Part shown: one piece after another, positions 22,482 through 24,000 of the stretch
Layout: each line of letters begins with the position of its first letter
Position numbering within the stretch: the first letter of the stretch is position 1
Origin: an uncultured Clostridia bacterium
GTDB lineage: Bacteria; Bacillota; Clostridia; Christensenellales; UBA1242
Direction: 5' to 3'
Assembly (NCBI GenBank): GCA_934772045.1
Contig: CAKVMH010000001.1
Coordinates: 283,646 to 307,645, forward strand
Length of the DNA: 24,000 nt
The notes under the pieces: model-generated
Database searches by the model: none
Told to the model about the DNA's origin: nothing
What the model saw: only the letters and a program-made list of their open reading frames with translations
Program-made: the position numbers and the translations under genes

Positions 22482-24000
22482 ATGATGAAAGTTAGCAAAA
22501 GAACTGGTAAAATTATTGTAACATCAATCGTCACATTTTTGATGGCTTGTCTTTTTGTGTTTACAGGTGTGGCTGTTGTTGTTTCGGTAAAAAAGAAAAG
22601 TCAAGGGAAGGGTAGCATCACACCAACCAACCCAATAGTGTGGTCGGTTGACGATTACGATGGTGAACAGCCTAACACACTCAACTGGTTAAGTGGGGAT
22701 AGCTTTGCAAACCGTGGTAGCAAAGCATACACCATAAACTCAGCTGAATCGTTTTTGAAATTCATTGAGATAGTAAATAGTGACTCAGCAACTGAGTACA
22801 ACTATTTCAAGGATTACACAATATATCTCAACAAATCCATCAACATGAATGGTTACCATATTTCATCAATAGGTAAAAAGATAACAGAAGATGGAAAAAC
22901 CTTCTCATCATTCCAAGGTGTATTCGATGGTTCATACTACACAATTCAAAATGCAGTAATAGATGGCAATGGTTTATTCGGTTACACAGAAAATGCAACA
23001 ATTAAAAACATTGGCTTATACAACTGCACGATAGACAGTGCTGAACAATATGTCGGTGGCATCTTAGGTGAAGGCGTAAACACAACAATTGAAAACACAT
23101 TTGTTCGCTTAGGTTCAATTAAATCTAACAAAACCCTTGGTGGTATTGCAGGTAAGATAACAATTGATCGTACCCTAAACAGCACAGTTCCACAAGACAT
23201 AATTCGCAACAGCTTTGTAGACAGTACATTGACATCAAACAGCCTTGCAGGCATAGTAGGTGAAATAGTATCTAAAGACAACGCAATGGAAAACGGCGGT
23301 GTAGTGTCTAACTGTTACTTCTCAACAGGCAAACGTGCATATTACACAAACAACATGCGCATAAGGTACACAAACATATTAGCATTAGAACAATCTAAAG
23401 ATTTCAGCTCATTCAATGTACGTACATACTCTCCAAGCCTACTCAGGGAAACCAACGCATGGACAAACTATACATACATTGAAGGCAGTAAAGCACTTAA
23501 TTTCAACTATCCACTACTTGCAGAATTTGTAAAAGTGTTCATGACAGGTTCATCATACGAAAACGTAACAGTAAAGAACGGCGAAGTTAAAAACGCAACT
23601 ACACTTTACGACGCATTTAAATCTGTAGAAGCGAACGAACAAGCAGAAGTAAACATCATTGTTGAAAAAGTGTTCATGAATGAAACTGCTGTTGCTGGCG
23701 AGGAAACAACAATTAAACTGAATTCGACAGTGGACACTATGATTTTAAGGGGTGAGAAGTCACCTCAAACACTTTTTGTCAGCACCGACGCTTCAACACT
23801 TGTGCTTGGTGATACTAACGCAACATCATCAACTCCAGCCCTTGTGCTTGACGGTGACCGCGATAGGGTTGAAAAACAGGGCCTTAAATCTGGCGTTATG
23901 GTTATGGCTGAAGGCAAGGACTTTAAAATGGGCAAAAACGTTGTCATTCAAAACAACGTTAATAATGTAAGCCCATACGGCGGTGGCTTGCTTGTTATCG
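22482..24000 (+). CDS. Large surface protein, 5' part only (runs off window): N-terminal TM/signal anchor, GLUG-motif repeats and a parallel beta-helix-like region
   Basis: The frame is open from ATG 22482 (GGAG SD 8 nt upstream) to the window end; it is absent from the ORF track because there is no stop. Begins MMKVSKRTGKIIVTSIVTFLMACLFVFTGVAVVV. GLUG-like units: YVGGILGE, TLGGIAGK, SLAGIVGE, VVSNCYFS. Later NVVIQNNVNNVSPYGGGLLVI is typical of beta-helix adhesins. Confidence 0.85.
   Translation, partial: MMKVSKRTGKIIVTSIVTFLMACLFVFTGVAVVVSVKKKSQGKGSITPTNPIVWSVDDYDGEQPNTLNWLSGDSFANRGSKAYTINSAESFLKFIEIVNSDSATEYNYFKDYTIYLNKSINMNGYHISSIGKKITEDGKTFSSFQGVFDGSYYTIQNAVIDGNGLFGYTENATIKNIGLYNCTIDSAEQYVGGILGEGVNTTIENTFVRLGSIKSNKTLGGIAGKITIDRTLNSTVPQDIIRNSFVDSTLTSNSLAGIVGEIVSKDNAMENGGVVSNCYFSTGKRAYYTNNMRIRYTNILALEQSKDFSSFNVRTYSPSLLRETNAWTNYTYIEGSKALNFNYPLLAEFVKVFMTGSSYENVTVKNGEVKNATTLYDAFKSVEANEQAEVNIIVEKVFMNETAVAGEETTIKLNSTVDTMILRGEKSPQTLFVSTDASTLVLGDTNATSSTPALVLDGDRDRVEKQGLKSGVMVMAEGKDFKMGKNVVIQNNVNNVSPYGGGLLVI

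Noticed and set aside
1-24000. Mobile elements, prophage or a defence island
   Set aside because: No transposase, integrase, recombinase, terminal inverted repeats of IS size, restriction-modification or other recognisable defence gene is present. The XRE gene is solitary.

Overview
About 24 kb of a low-GC, Bacillota-type chromosome. It uses the standard genetic code (the long ORFs end in TGA or TAA), and the tRNA genes encode CCA. Left third, mostly minus strand: a membrane GT2 and an MGDG-synthase/UgtP-like glycosyltransferase (a glycolipid pair), a DUF421/YetF-like membrane protein, a small P-loop kinase and a hypothetical protein. These are followed by a tRNA cluster (Gly-CCC on minus; Met-CAU and Glu-UUC on plus), a HIT-family protein, ychF, uppP and a 68-aa XRE regulator. 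Middle: the most notable feature is a stand-alone, highly structured non-coding RNA of about 570-650 nt (9300-9948, + strand). It has its own near-consensus promoter, a long-range closing helix, many local helices including a GAAA-capped stem, and an intrinsic terminator. I can exclude RNase P, tmRNA and SRP RNA by their signatures. It falls in the size and architecture range of the large ornate bacterial RNAs (ROOL/OLE/GOLLD class), but I cannot assign a family from the sequence alone. Next come a small membrane protein, pepF, two paralogous 121-aa tail-anchored winged-helix-like proteins and a dense nest of short hairpin repeats plus a 3 x 36-bp tandem repeat. After these lies a 1795-aa surface protein: signal peptide, subtilisin S8 domain, BspA-type LRRs, eight tandem Ig-like/InlB-B-repeat-like domains, a TM helix and a 105-aa cytoplasmic tail. 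Right end: uvrB with no adjacent uvrA, a roughly 500-bp extremely AT-rich tract with helically phased A-tracts, and the 5' part of a second large GLUG/beta-helix-type surface protein that runs off the window. Three genes (kinase, XRE, uvrB) appear to be leaderless. I saw no transposase, integrase, CRISPR array or rRNA. All calls are from hand reading of the sequence and ORF track; no searches were run.
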